Under the pieces are notes generated by a model. The model did not search any database. It saw only the letters and a list, made by a program, of their open reading frames with translations, and was not told where the DNA came from. From assembly GCA_963792585.1 (NCBI GenBank), contig CAWBWI010000001.1:64001-128000 (forward strand): DNA of 64,000 nt. Direction: 5' to 3'. Positions within the stretch are counted from its first letter, which is position 1. Every line of letters begins with the position of its first letter. Below, one piece after another: positions 29,458-39,824 of the stretch. Made by a program: the position numbers and the translations under genes. Source of the DNA: Candidatus Eiseniibacteriota bacterium (GTDB lineage: Bacteria; Eisenbacteria; RBG-16-71-46; CAIMUX01; VGJL01).

Positions 29458-30339
29458 TCAGACCTCTCCCGATGGGCCCAGGCCGACCAGCGCTCCCTCC
29501 TCCATCAATGATGTGATGACTTCCGCCGCATCGTCCGGCGCCGCCCCCAGGCGAATCGCCTCTTCACACAGATCCTCGAACCGGCGGGGGGTGGACGCAA
29601 AACTGAGCAGAGCGAACAGTTCCCGAGTCACTTCCGCAATGCCGACGGGAAACCTCACCCGCGGGCCGTCGTCGCGGACCAGTTCCAGGAGCAGCGGCTC
29701 GTCTTGCTCGGGATCCACCTGGGTGCACGGAACGGCCCGCCCCGGGGCCAGCACTGCCGCGGCAAGTTCCGCCCCGGACGCAGGGAGATCCGCATAGATC
29801 TCGTCATGCAGATCGGCCGTTCCCTCCGCCGCTTCGTGCAGTGCCTTGTCGGGCGATCGCTGGAGCAACGATCCCGGACCTCCGGTGGCCGGCGCTACGG
29901 CTGGAGCGCCACGACGAAGTCGCGCGATCGCCTGTTCCAGCCGGACCAGATGGGTCAATCGGCGGTCCGAAAGAGCTCCCTTCAGCGAGAGCGCGATCAG
30001 GTAGTCACCGAACGCGATCGCCATCGAGCCGCGCCCGCGCACGCACAGGTGGAACTCGAGCGAGGAGAAGAAGCCGATCGGCTGTCCCGGCGGGCCTCCG
30101 GCCGCCATGTAGAGCGCTAGACTCGTGGGGTACTCCTGAGCGAGGACGGTCAGGGCCCTCGACGGCCGCCCGGAATCGGCGCGCCAGGCACGTGGGTCCG
30201 AGGAGGCGAGCCAGGACCGTTCCTCCTCGGTGAGGTCTTCGCCGACAAGCGCATCCGCGGGGGTGGCCACGACGCGCGCCGCGTAGCTGGCATCGAACAG
30301 CATCCGCACCATGATCCGCTGAAGGGCGCGGGCGCTCAT
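29458..30339 (-). CDS. Putative MNIO partner protein (DUF2063-like)
   Basis: Directly downstream of the DUF692 gene; LAQEYPTSL; LTHLVRLEQAIARL; winged-helix-like tail ITSLMEEGALV. Confidence 0.65.
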   Translation of the reverse strand: MSARALQRIMVRMLFDASYAARVVATPADALVGEDLTEEERSWLASSDPRAWRADSGRPSRALTVLAQEYPTSLALYMAAGGPPGQPIGFFSSLEFHLCVRGRGSMAIAFGDYLIALSLKGALSDRRLTHLVRLEQAIARLRRGAPAVAPATGGPGSLLQRSPDKALHEAAEGTADLHDEIYADLPASGAELAAAVLAPGRAVPCTQVDPEQDEPLLLELVRDDGPRVRFPVGIAEVTRELFALLSFASTPRRFEDLCEEAIRLGAAPDDAAEVITSLMEEGALVGLGPSGEV

Positions 30340-30346
30340 CCCGCGC

Positions 30347-31255
30347 TCATTCTTCCCCGGCTCTCGGGGACCGACTGCCTACGCGAAGCAGGGCGCTCTC
30401 CTGCAGTGTCCTTCGGATTCTCTCGAAGCCGGTAAGCGTATCGGCGAGGGGATTGCGCTCGCACTCGAAGACGACCGCGCGCAGATTCGGGCAGCGAGGA
30501 ACGAGATGCTCGAAGATCCTCCATGTCTCTTCGAGGACGTGCGGTCGATGGTCATCCTCGATATAGCGCCAGCCGTCCACCTCGATGCGGGTCCCACCGG
30601 CAACGTGAATCTCGACGATTCTCTCCAGCGGGAAGCCGCTCAGTCCCGCGAGGGGCTCGAGGCCGTGAAGCGACTGATAGATCGCCAAGTGGGCGCAGTC
30701 CAGAAGCATCCCGGTGTCGGCGCGATCGATCACCCGCGCATAGAAGTCAAGTAAGGGGAGGTTCCCCAGATAAACCTGGCCGGGGGGATTCTCGGGAAGC
30801 ACCTCGTAACCGAGGGCCTCTCGAAGTGTCACGATCCCCTCGGCGATCGCCGATGCGGAGGAGTCGGACAGGATCGGGGGGAGAAGCAACATCTGCCCCG
30901 GTTCCCGCCCTCCGAAATGCCACATCCCCGCGTCTCCGCAGATCCAAGCCGGGCGGATCGCGGTGGCGTTTGTTGCCGCCTCGCGCAGCCATGCTGCATC
31001 GAAGTCTTCCGGCTCATCGAGATTCACGTCCAGGAAATGGTAGGTCGTTGGCAAGCCGTCCCCGATCCAGGAGCGCGCCTGGCGATCGAGTCCGGATAGG
31101 GTCTCGACCCCGATCTCGAGGAACGTCGCGTACTCGGGGTGCTTGCGGCGTAGATCCAGGATGTCGAGACCCCGCGGAGAGTCCCCGGCACCATACTCCG
31201 TGGATACCCCAAGCCCCAGGGTCGGTAAGGCATGAACTCGCTCCAGGAAGGACAT
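30347..31255 (-). CDS. DUF692 family multinuclear non-heme iron oxidative enzyme (MNIO)
   Basis: LGLGV; YHFLD; LLLPP; PENPP; LLDCAHL; EIHVAGG; EDDH; VFECE. ATG at 31255 after GGAG. Confidence 0.8.
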   Translation of the reverse strand: MSFLERVHALPTLGLGVSTEYGAGDSPRGLDILDLRRKHPEYATFLEIGVETLSGLDRQARSWIGDGLPTTYHFLDVNLDEPEDFDAAWLREAATNATAIRPAWICGDAGMWHFGGREPGQMLLLPPILSDSSASAIAEGIVTLREALGYEVLPENPPGQVYLGNLPLLDFYARVIDRADTGMLLDCAHLAIYQSLHGLEPLAGLSGFPLERIVEIHVAGGTRIEVDGWRYIEDDHRPHVLEETWRIFEHLVPRCPNLRAVVFECERNPLADTLTGFERIRRTLQESALLRVGSRSPRAGEE

Positions 31256-31476
31256 GTCTCCACTGTACAGGTTGGAAGACCGCCGAAGGGAGAGTCCTGG
31301 GCGTTGAGGGCCGAGTCCCCCTATCCACTCGAATCCCGCGGGAAGGCACTCCTGTAGTCGAACAGCCGGGGGTGGCAACCAGGACCACAACAACCAACGA
31401 CACCATAGTGCGTTGGAGGATCAAGCTCCCGCCCAGTACAGGTGCGGGGGTATCCTCTTCTGGAGGAGAGACAACA

Positions 31477-32028
31477 ATGGCTCGAGGCTCCCAAGGCAAA
31501 GTGATCTTGCGTCCTTCACTTCGACGCGCCGATCCTCGACGGGATTCGTCGTGGGACCAGCGTTGGAGCCGAGTCACGAACTTCTCGCGAATCTCGCGAT
31601 CGCATCGTGTCCAACGATGCGTCCTCTTCGTCCTCGCATGCCTGGCCCTTTCGTGCGGCAAGGGCGGGCAGCAGTCGCCCACGGGAGTCTTTCCCGGCCA
31701 AGTCACGTGGATCCGAATCGAGTTTCACGACAACGGGCACAACTCCCCATTGTCCGCTCGCGTGGAGGACCAGGGGCAGATTGCGGCGATTGTCTCCATC
31801 ATCGAGACCATGAAATTCCGCCCGCCGATTCCGGGCGGACCCATGACGCCGGCTCCCAACAATGTCATCTTCGGCACGTCCCGTGGCCTTGTCCGGGCGT
31901 CGTGGGGCGATGGTTACCTGGAGATCGAAGAGGGACCGGTGAAGGGGAGAGCTCGCATGCCTGATCCTCTCCATCTCCTGCTCCAGGTGCACCGGGCAGA
32001 TGCCACTCCGGACTCGCCTCCGCGGTAG
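31477..32028 (+). CDS. Hypothetical lipoprotein (true start may be further downstream)
   Basis: SD GGAGGAG; lipobox VLACLALSC followed by GKGGQQSPT. Confidence 0.55.
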   Translation: MARGSQGKVILRPSLRRADPRRDSSWDQRWSRVTNFSRISRSHRVQRCVLFVLACLALSCGKGGQQSPTGVFPGQVTWIRIEFHDNGHNSPLSARVEDQGQIAAIVSIIETMKFRPPIPGGPMTPAPNNVIFGTSRGLVRASWGDGYLEIEEGPVKGRARMPDPLHLLLQVHRADATPDSPPR

Positions 32029-32096
32029 CTCGGCACTGATGCCCCCAGGGGCACCGTCTGATGGGAATGCCGGTGGGGAGTCCCCAAGAGGTCCTG

Positions 32097-34805
32097 CTAG
32101 AACCGCGCCTCGACCCCCAGCAACACCTGCCGCCCGGCGGTGAGCGTCTGCGGATTGTTCACCTGCGCCGTCGCCGAGCCGTTGCCCATGTCCACGATGT
32201 AACCGCCGGTGTTGTTCCTCTCGTGGTAGTAGGCGAGGAAGTTCGCGCTGCTCACCCTCATCGGATAGACGCCGAAGTCGAACGTCGGAATCCGGCGGTT
32301 GAGCAGGTTGCGCACCTCCGCCAAGATCTGGATGCCGACCGCGGCGGGCCTCGGTCCCCATCGAAGCGCCAGGTCGATCGCGAACGGTTGCGGGAGGGTC
32401 CCCTTGAGGCGCTGCGCTTCCGTGCAGTCACGCGGCTTGATGCAGATCGAATAGGGACGGCCCGTGTCCCACGCCACCGTCGCCGTCGCGAGAAGTCCGG
32501 CGGCGGCATGCCAGGAGAGCCAGCTCCGCGCGAAGAGGCGACGGCTCCAGGGGACCTCCACGCCGTTGTTCGTCGTGTTGGACCAGACCAGGCTCGACTG
32601 CCCCACGAGCTTCGAGGAGAGCTGGTGATCCACCACGACCTCGAGGCCCATCGTGTCGATGAACTGCGGCGGCAGCGTGCGCACGCCGAACGCCGCCTCT
32701 AACTCGCTCAGGCTTCTCGTGGAGAAGACGATCTCGCCGTATTCGCGCTGGTACATCCCGATCGACGCGACCATCTCGCGGCCGACGTGGTGCTGGATGC
32801 CGACCTCGTAGAAGCGAAGGCGCTGGGCCGCCAGATCGATGCCGAGATCCGGGTCCGGCGCCGCGTTGAAGTAGGGCTGCAGAACGGGGAACTGGTAGGC
32901 CAGTCCCGCCTGCATGTGGAAGGCGTCGCGCTCGGTCATCGGCTGGTGGAATGCGATTACCGGTGACCAGGTCGATCCGAAGGACGAGCCCGCCCCCAGC
33001 CGGACTTTGCGGAAGTCGTACCGAAGGCCGAGCTTCATCGATGAGAGTCGATCGTTGGACCAGGTCTCCTCGAGATAGCCATAGCCGTCCAGCGCCTCGA
33101 GCTCTCGATCCCTGGAGCCGACGATAGTCGCCGTCGGCGTGACGGTCAGCCAGCGGTGCCGCCCGCTGGTGACTCCCATCCCGAGTTTGATCCTGTGGGA
33201 TTCCGCGACGCGGGCGGATCCCGATCCGCCGATCTGCCCTTCATTGCTCGTGCCCCACGAATACTCCGGGATGAAGCCATGGGTCGCATAGAACCACTCC
33301 TCCTGGTGGGTGGTCCTCGTGATCCAGCGACGCGTCCAGGTGCGGATGAGATCGGCGGTCGACAGGTCGATCCCATCGAAGGAGGTGTCGAGCCGGTGGC
33401 GGCCATAGAGGGCATGCAAGCGCACGGAGGATTGGGATGTGGGGCGCGCCGTCAGAACCAGAAGTCCCAGAGTGGAGCGCGCATCGGATACCGGCACCGC
33501 ATGGGGACCGTCGTAGAAGACCGCACTGTCGGCGTCGGCCGGATCGGCCAGGAACGTCGTATAGCGGTCGTAGGCCGGATTGAATCCGACCCAGCCCGAT
33601 TCCGCGTAGTGATGGTGGTAGTCTTTGCGCCGATCGCGCGCGTGGACCATGGCGGCGGTCACCTTCGTCGCGCCTTCCGGCCGGCGGTAGGTGAGCTTCA
33701 CCGATGCGGCCTCGTTGCCCTCCATCCGCGGGCCGATCGAGATCGTGCCGAGGACCGACTGCTCCGGCCGGGCATGGTCGTAGTGGAACTGCGCGTCGGT
33801 CGCGGTTCCCTGCCAGGACCCGGAGTAGAAGAGATCGCGAAGCGGCGTGGGACCCGAGACGCCGATCTCCGCGATGTCGGTGCGGCGGGACGATTCGCCG
33901 GACATGTCGAGGCGATCGGTGCGATAGCTCGCGCGGGCACCCGTGTGGATGTCGCCTTCCGCCAAACGAAACGACATCACGCTCCCCAGGGCGGTCGCGT
34001 ATTCCGCGCCGAAGGCCTCCGAGACCAGCTCCGCCGAACTGATTGCCTGCGGCGGAGGCAGCACCCATCGTCCCAGGATCGGCTCGCGGACCGGCACGCC
34101 GTCGATCAGGGGGACGACCTGCTCGAGACCCACGCCCCGGAAGAAGGGGCGGTCCCCGCTCACGGTCACACCGGGAAGAAGCTTCACGACGTCGGCGAGT
34201 CGATCCAGCGAGAACTCCCGCAAGATCGCGGGGTGGATCGCATAGCTCGCCCGCTCACCCGAGGTGAGCGGCGTCACCGGCGGCGCCTCCGCGAGCACCT
34301 CCCCCATGAGGTAGGTGCGATGCGCCATGCGGATCGTCACGTTTCCGCTGGATGGTTGCGTGGACGCCTGAATCGAGGGCTTCGAGCGGGGGAGGTAGGA
34401 CACGTGGCGGACCTCGAGGACGTAGGTGCCGGGCGGGATCGAGGCGAACCGAAACCGACCTTCGGAATCCGTGACCCGGGTGTTCTCCGTGGACTGGCCG
34501 CTCTCCGCGCCGGGCGCGTTCTGCGTGCCGACGATGCGGACCGTTGCGTTCGCGATCGGCTCCATTGTCAGAGAGTCGAGGACCGTCCCTTCGATCGTGG
34601 CGAGTGGGGTGCGGTCAGCGTCCGGCTGCGGGGGTGGGGAATCGATGGCGGCGAGTGCTGCGGGCGCGACGGGAGTTGCGGCCGCCGCGTGCGCAACCGG
34701 CGGCAGGGCGAGGATGGCGAGGCTTGCCAGGATCGTGAGGGCCGCCGGAATCGCGGCACGCAGGAAGGACCCCTTGCGTCGCATGGGGCGCATCGACACA
34801 GCCAC
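32097..34805 (-). CDS. TonB-dependent receptor with N-terminal carboxypeptidase-regulatory-like domain
   Basis: IEGTVLDSLTMEPIANATV...TDSEGRF; plug LLPGVT/LIDGVPV/AEYA; GLRYD; EVRNLLN; terminal F. Confidence 0.9.
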   Translation of the reverse strand: MAVSMRPMRRKGSFLRAAIPAALTILASLAILALPPVAHAAAATPVAPAALAAIDSPPPQPDADRTPLATIEGTVLDSLTMEPIANATVRIVGTQNAPGAESGQSTENTRVTDSEGRFRFASIPPGTYVLEVRHVSYLPRSKPSIQASTQPSSGNVTIRMAHRTYLMGEVLAEAPPVTPLTSGERASYAIHPAILREFSLDRLADVVKLLPGVTVSGDRPFFRGVGLEQVVPLIDGVPVREPILGRWVLPPPQAISSAELVSEAFGAEYATALGSVMSFRLAEGDIHTGARASYRTDRLDMSGESSRRTDIAEIGVSGPTPLRDLFYSGSWQGTATDAQFHYDHARPEQSVLGTISIGPRMEGNEAASVKLTYRRPEGATKVTAAMVHARDRRKDYHHHYAESGWVGFNPAYDRYTTFLADPADADSAVFYDGPHAVPVSDARSTLGLLVLTARPTSQSSVRLHALYGRHRLDTSFDGIDLSTADLIRTWTRRWITRTTHQEEWFYATHGFIPEYSWGTSNEGQIGGSGSARVAESHRIKLGMGVTSGRHRWLTVTPTATIVGSRDRELEALDGYGYLEETWSNDRLSSMKLGLRYDFRKVRLGAGSSFGSTWSPVIAFHQPMTERDAFHMQAGLAYQFPVLQPYFNAAPDPDLGIDLAAQRLRFYEVGIQHHVGREMVASIGMYQREYGEIVFSTRSLSELEAAFGVRTLPPQFIDTMGLEVVVDHQLSSKLVGQSSLVWSNTTNNGVEVPWSRRLFARSWLSWHAAAGLLATATVAWDTGRPYSICIKPRDCTEAQRLKGTLPQPFAIDLALRWGPRPAAVGIQILAEVRNLLNRRIPTFDFGVYPMRVSSANFLAYYHERNNTGGYIVDMGNGSATAQVNNPQTLTAGRQVLLGVEARF

Positions 34806-35027
34806 CTCCCGAATTCAACCCATCGAAGGCAACCCCGCGCGAGCGAGTGTGGCACTGCGGGGGGAGGGGGACAAGGTGAAACTGGATCCTCCTCTCGCGG
34901 CCAAGAGGGCATCGCGGGACACGTGGGGAGCGTGTGCGCGTGTTCGGAAGCGAGAAGGGGGCACCCGCCGCCGACTGGCTGCGCGGGTGCCCCACAAGAA
35001 GCGGTGCGTATCGAACGCGCTGAACGT

Positions 35028-38000
35028 CTACCGGATCACGAGCATCCTCCGCTTCGAGGTCGTCTGGCCGCCCTCCCCGGAGGTGGTCATGCGACAGAAG
35101 TAGATTCCGCTCGGCAGTTCGCCGGTGTCGAACTCGACCTGATGCCGGCCTGGGAGGTAGCTCGTCTTGTCGATGAGCATGGCGACCTCCCGTCCGGAGA
35201 CGTCGTAGACCTGCAGAGTGACCTGCGTGGCCTTCGGCAACTCGAACTGCATGGTGGTGTGCGACTGGAAGGGATTCGGGACGACACGGAGCACCGCCTC
35301 CCCTTCCGCAATGAGGTCGAGCGGCCCTGTCGCGTCAGCAACGCCGACGCCGCCCGTCGTCACCTGGAACCCCTCGCCGCCGTCGGGGACGGTGGAGGTG
35401 CTGGTGAACTGGGTGAGGTAGACATTGAACGTACGGTGCTCCGGGAACTGATTCGGGTCGTTCATCTCCCATCGCGTTGCGAGCGTCCCGGTCTGCAAGG
35501 ACCCCATCGGAATGCCTGCGATCACTGCGTTCGGGCCGGTCACGAGCATGGTTGAGTCGGGCAGGAGCTCGAAGCCGCTCCCTTGGTGGCCCGCGCCATA
35601 CCAGCGATTGAAGAGACCCTGCTCCATGGTGATCCAGAGCCTTCCATAGTTGAAGTAGGAGTCGGCCAGCTCCTCTTGGGGAACGGTCACGACCAGCTTC
35701 AACTGCGCGGCGTTCGCCTGGACGTTCTGGATGTTCAGGACCTGCTGGATGTTGGCTGACTTGTTGAGGACGTTGTCCACGAGCGTCAGGTTCTTGAGAG
35801 CGATGTTGTTGCTGTTCGCGACGTTGCCCCCGACGGACACATTCTGCTGCTCTCCATTCACCGGATCCTGAGCGGACTCGAACCGGGCGAGCAGACAGAA
35901 GTGGGGATCGCCGTTGAAAATGTTGTTGTTGAAATCGGGCATGTCGGTCCAATGACGCTCCACGGACCAGACCGCTCCGGGCAGAAGATTCGTGATCTGG
36001 ATCGGTTGGGTTCCCGTCCCCCCGACGATGTTGCCGGAGGTTCCATTCGTGAAGCTCGATGGCCAGATGAGACCGGTCGACGACTGTGCCCAGTAGAGCT
36101 GAACGGTCCCGGTCAGCGGGACGCTGCCGTCGTTGCGGATCTTCGTATAGACCCAAGGCCGGTTCGCCGGGATCACGGCGTACTCCGGGTTCTCGTGCAC
36201 GTGTTCCTTGAGGAAACGATCCGGAGAGGTGTTGAACTGCGTGTCCCGCGTGTTCTGCACCCATATGTCGGGGCTGAGATACAAGATGGGGCACGACGCG
36301 TCAGGTTCCACGCCGGTATCGGCCAGGCAGTCCCGGATGTAACCATCCGTCCCATTCACCCGCACCCCGCCGTCGACCATGTACGACTCCCAGAGCGCCC
36401 GGCCGTGGGTGGCCGCCCGGATCTTGTTGGTCGTGTAGTTCGGCTCGATGTCCACGACGATCGCATCCGGCATCTGGTTCTTGAAGGGCTGCCATTGGGA
36501 CATCGATGCGTCGCGATAGTAGACGCCGACATCGGTTCCGATGTAGAGACCATCATTGCTGCCCATCTCGTAGGAGATGCAGTTGACGGGCATGTTCGGG
36601 AGGTTGTCCGTGTAGTCCGCCCATCCCGCGGTGGGCGAGTAGCTCATCACCTTGTAGATGGTCTGGCCCGCGTTTGCCCACAAACCTCTGAAGGAGGCCC
36701 AGATTCTGTTGGGGTCTTTCGGATCGCTTGCGATTCCACTGATTTCCTGCCAATCCGCCCCCACGGGTTGGGTGGACAGAGGCTGCCAGTTGAGCCCGCC
36801 GTCGTTGCTCCTGAAGACCTTCTGATACCTGTTGGGATCGTTCTGTGGTGGATAGACGGCGCAGCATTCGGAGAAGTGCACAACGTCCGGATCGCTGAAG
36901 TTGATGTCGATCGCCTGAATCGATTGGTCGAGGGCCGCGTCATTCGAACCCCCGCTTCCGGCCGTCCAGTTCGATCCTTTGTTTGAGCTTCGCCAGATCT
37001 TGTGCAGGCCCGTCCAGATAGTGCTGGAGTTGACCGGGTGCATGGCGAGAGGAGGCGGGGCGTTCGCGAATGCCGCAGTGCCGGCGGGGCTGATGTATTG
37101 CCAGTTGTACCCATCGTCCTGGGTCCTGGAAGGCAAGCACGTAATGGAGCCGTACATCGTGGTGGGGTTCGTAGGATCGATCATCCCGCGACCCCCGTCG
37201 CCGTAGGAAGTGTCGACCCACGTCCCGGAGTCGTAGATCATCGTCGAGAGATCCTGCAGTCCCCCGACGAGCTTGTCGTGAGCGGGCCCCTCTGCGCCGC
37301 CGAATCCATAGAACTCAGAGATGTTCAGCCCGTAGCCGTTCAGGTCGAGCCACGTCGCTCCGGCGTTCGTGGACTTGGAGATGCCTCCATCATGGACGGC
37401 GAAGACAATGTCGCTTGCCCCTCCAAAGACCTGAAGCGCGCGGACATCCGCGTGGACGTACGTCGGGTCCACCGGGGCGTAACCATGGGTGATCGCGCTC
37501 CAGCTGACGCCGCCATCGACGGACTTGTACATGATGTAGTTGCCGGCGTACATGACGCTGGAGCTGGCAGGCGAAACGGCAAATCCACCCCAGCTGGCGG
37601 GCGCGGAGTTGCTGACCTGGGTCCACCCCGTCAGACCGGGGGAGGATGCGCGGAGAATGTAGTTCGTCCCCGATTTCGCCGAGACGGCCGCCCAGATCGT
37701 GTTCGGATCGTTCGAGCGGAAGCCGAGCAGGATGCCGGCGACGTCCGTGGCCGCGATCGGCGGCGAGGTCGGAAGTACGAGGTTCGGCGTCAAGTTCGTC
37801 CAGTTCGTGTCGTTGGTGGGTGTTGTTGCGGTCCAGGTGTACCAGAGCTGATTTCCGGAGACGTACACGTGGTCCTTACCGCCGGCCCCCGGCTTCGAGT
37901 AGACGCCGTGAAAGTCCGCGCCGGGAACGGTGAATACGGGGGTCGGGTTGGGGCTGGACGTCTTGGTGAAGGTCGTCCCACCATCCGTGGTCTGGTAGAT

Positions 38001-39356
38001 CTTCGAGGCGGAGACGGCGTACATGAGGTTCACGTTGTTCGGGTCGGGGAGCAGGAGCTTGCGAACGAACTCGGGCCACCCGGTCCCAGGCGTGTAGGAG
38101 AGACCTGTCTGGTTCCAGGTCAATCCGTCGTCGGGGGAGACGATCAGCCCGTACGCGTACTCCACGTAGCGGATGTTGATCGTTGCAAGGAACAGCCTGC
38201 CATCGGGGGTCTTCAGAATATCGCCAATACCGAAGTTGGACGGGTAGTTGCCATCGCGTGGGGCCCAGTGCGCGCCGCCGTCCGTGGTCTTCCAGAGGCC
38301 GCCGGAGCCGCTCCCGACGTAGAGGGTCTGCAGCCCGGGATCTCCCCAGAACGAGAAGAGGGCCCCCTTGCCCGTGATGTACCCCCCTCGGATCCCGGGA
38401 TTGGTGAACGGACCCAGTTCCTGCCAGCTTGCCTGGACCTGTGAGACGGGCGGCCTCTGTTCCGGCGAGTGGATGTAATCGTAGAGGGCGCTGTTCGCCG
38501 CATGAAGGGAACCCGAGGCGTCCATTCGCGGCCGCCAGAAGGCGGCATAGTTGGCGTACCCCATCCAGAGGTCTTCGCTGCCGACCAAGCTGTCATTCTG
38601 CGCGAAGAATTCGTCGGCGAGGGCCATCGTTGTTTGGGCGTTCGCGTGGTTGTCGCGCATCATCTCGCGCCAGTCCGCTGTCGGAGTCGGGGCCGCTTCG
38701 AAGACCATGCTGGCGTCGTAGTTCGATCCCAGCACGATGTGGGCCGGGGTCCACTCGGGATAACCGAGGTACGCGCTCTTGAAGACGCTCTCACACCCCT
38801 GCACGGACGCGGCCGCCAGCCAACCCCACTGGGGCGGAAAGGGGTGATCGTTCGCCTGGACGGAGAACCAGATGCGTGTGTTGGCCGGCACGTCCCAGCG
38901 AACGTCCGCGTGGTACTCGTACAGGGGCGTGGTGCCCTGTTGATAGACGAAGGTCTCATTCGCCGGGAACGGAATGCTGTATTGCGCGATGGCGGATGTC
39001 GGCAGACAGCTGGCGTCGTTGTAGAAGCGGACGGTGAAGCTGGAGATATGGGGGAATCCCGGCTGGGTGTTGAAGTATCCTCCCCACCACTGCACCCGGG
39101 TGAGCGTGACCATGGAGCCGGTCTGTCCCGACAAGACAAAGTCGTTCGCTACCTGCGACTCGAACCCTCCCGAGCTGATCACCTCGGAACTCGCGACGAT
39201 TCCGTTCAGATTGGGTGGCTGGGACCACACCGCGTCCCTCGTGCCGGCCAGCGGGTTGGATGACCCCTCGCCGCCGGCGCCCTTCATGTAGTCCGCTGCG
39301 AACGCAGGGGGCGCCACGCAAGCAATCAGGACAAGCAGGGAAATCGCGTAACTCAT
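35028..39356 (-). CDS. 1442-aa secreted multidomain protein: BNR/VPS10-like propeller and T9SS-A/FlgD-like C-terminal domain
   Basis: Signal peptide; many SxDGGxxW repeats; VHADVR; AATHGRALW; PNPF...QVYDVSGREV...LPSGIYF. Confidence 0.85.
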   Translation of the reverse strand: MSYAISLLVLIACVAPPAFAADYMKGAGGEGSSNPLAGTRDAVWSQPPNLNGIVASSEVISSGGFESQVANDFVLSGQTGSMVTLTRVQWWGGYFNTQPGFPHISSFTVRFYNDASCLPTSAIAQYSIPFPANETFVYQQGTTPLYEYHADVRWDVPANTRIWFSVQANDHPFPPQWGWLAAASVQGCESVFKSAYLGYPEWTPAHIVLGSNYDASMVFEAAPTPTADWREMMRDNHANAQTTMALADEFFAQNDSLVGSEDLWMGYANYAAFWRPRMDASGSLHAANSALYDYIHSPEQRPPVSQVQASWQELGPFTNPGIRGGYITGKGALFSFWGDPGLQTLYVGSGSGGLWKTTDGGAHWAPRDGNYPSNFGIGDILKTPDGRLFLATINIRYVEYAYGLIVSPDDGLTWNQTGLSYTPGTGWPEFVRKLLLPDPNNVNLMYAVSASKIYQTTDGGTTFTKTSSPNPTPVFTVPGADFHGVYSKPGAGGKDHVYVSGNQLWYTWTATTPTNDTNWTNLTPNLVLPTSPPIAATDVAGILLGFRSNDPNTIWAAVSAKSGTNYILRASSPGLTGWTQVSNSAPASWGGFAVSPASSSVMYAGNYIMYKSVDGGVSWSAITHGYAPVDPTYVHADVRALQVFGGASDIVFAVHDGGISKSTNAGATWLDLNGYGLNISEFYGFGGAEGPAHDKLVGGLQDLSTMIYDSGTWVDTSYGDGGRGMIDPTNPTTMYGSITCLPSRTQDDGYNWQYISPAGTAAFANAPPPLAMHPVNSSTIWTGLHKIWRSSNKGSNWTAGSGGSNDAALDQSIQAIDINFSDPDVVHFSECCAVYPPQNDPNRYQKVFRSNDGGLNWQPLSTQPVGADWQEISGIASDPKDPNRIWASFRGLWANAGQTIYKVMSYSPTAGWADYTDNLPNMPVNCISYEMGSNDGLYIGTDVGVYYRDASMSQWQPFKNQMPDAIVVDIEPNYTTNKIRAATHGRALWESYMVDGGVRVNGTDGYIRDCLADTGVEPDASCPILYLSPDIWVQNTRDTQFNTSPDRFLKEHVHENPEYAVIPANRPWVYTKIRNDGSVPLTGTVQLYWAQSSTGLIWPSSFTNGTSGNIVGGTGTQPIQITNLLPGAVWSVERHWTDMPDFNNNIFNGDPHFCLLARFESAQDPVNGEQQNVSVGGNVANSNNIALKNLTLVDNVLNKSANIQQVLNIQNVQANAAQLKLVVTVPQEELADSYFNYGRLWITMEQGLFNRWYGAGHQGSGFELLPDSTMLVTGPNAVIAGIPMGSLQTGTLATRWEMNDPNQFPEHRTFNVYLTQFTSTSTVPDGGEGFQVTTGGVGVADATGPLDLIAEGEAVLRVVPNPFQSHTTMQFELPKATQVTLQVYDVSGREVAMLIDKTSYLPGRHQVEFDTGELPSGIYFCRMTTSGEGGQTTSKRRMLVIR

Positions 39357-39824
39357 CTTTACTCATCTCCATGGTCCAAGCAGGGCGTTGCCGATTCGCC
39401 CCCTGATTCACTTCGTGATGGGTTCTCCTCGGAGGCGGTTGAACCTAGGAGTACTGATTTGTGGGGGAGGGCTAACAAGTGATTGCTGTCACGAGGTGTT
39501 GGTCGGGGCGGGCGAGGCGCCGGTTGTCTTCCCGCAGAAGATTCTCAGACGTGGAACTCAGTGGGATTGGCGCCTAGCTGAGGCATGAACCTACCGGGGA
39601 CCTACGCAGCAGGGCTCTTGAAAGCTCATGGAGGGGTAGTCACGGATTCCGACCAGGCGAAAGGCGAATTGGTGGCTGACTCGGCAGGAGTCATCCGATA
39701 AGGCGGCGGAGCGTCTCCTAGGCTCCGGCGACCGTATGCGGCGAGGGATCTGCGGGGTTGTCGCGGAGTACGGGTGACGCTCGAGCCTGCGGATGGCCGC
39801 AGCTTTCGTGCCTTGACTCCGCCT

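Noticed and set aside
31256..31406. Minus-strand MVSLVVVVLVATPGCSTTG as an MNIO precursor
   Set aside because: It has no SD, only one Cys in this stretch, and the frame runs far into the MNIO gene without a stop.
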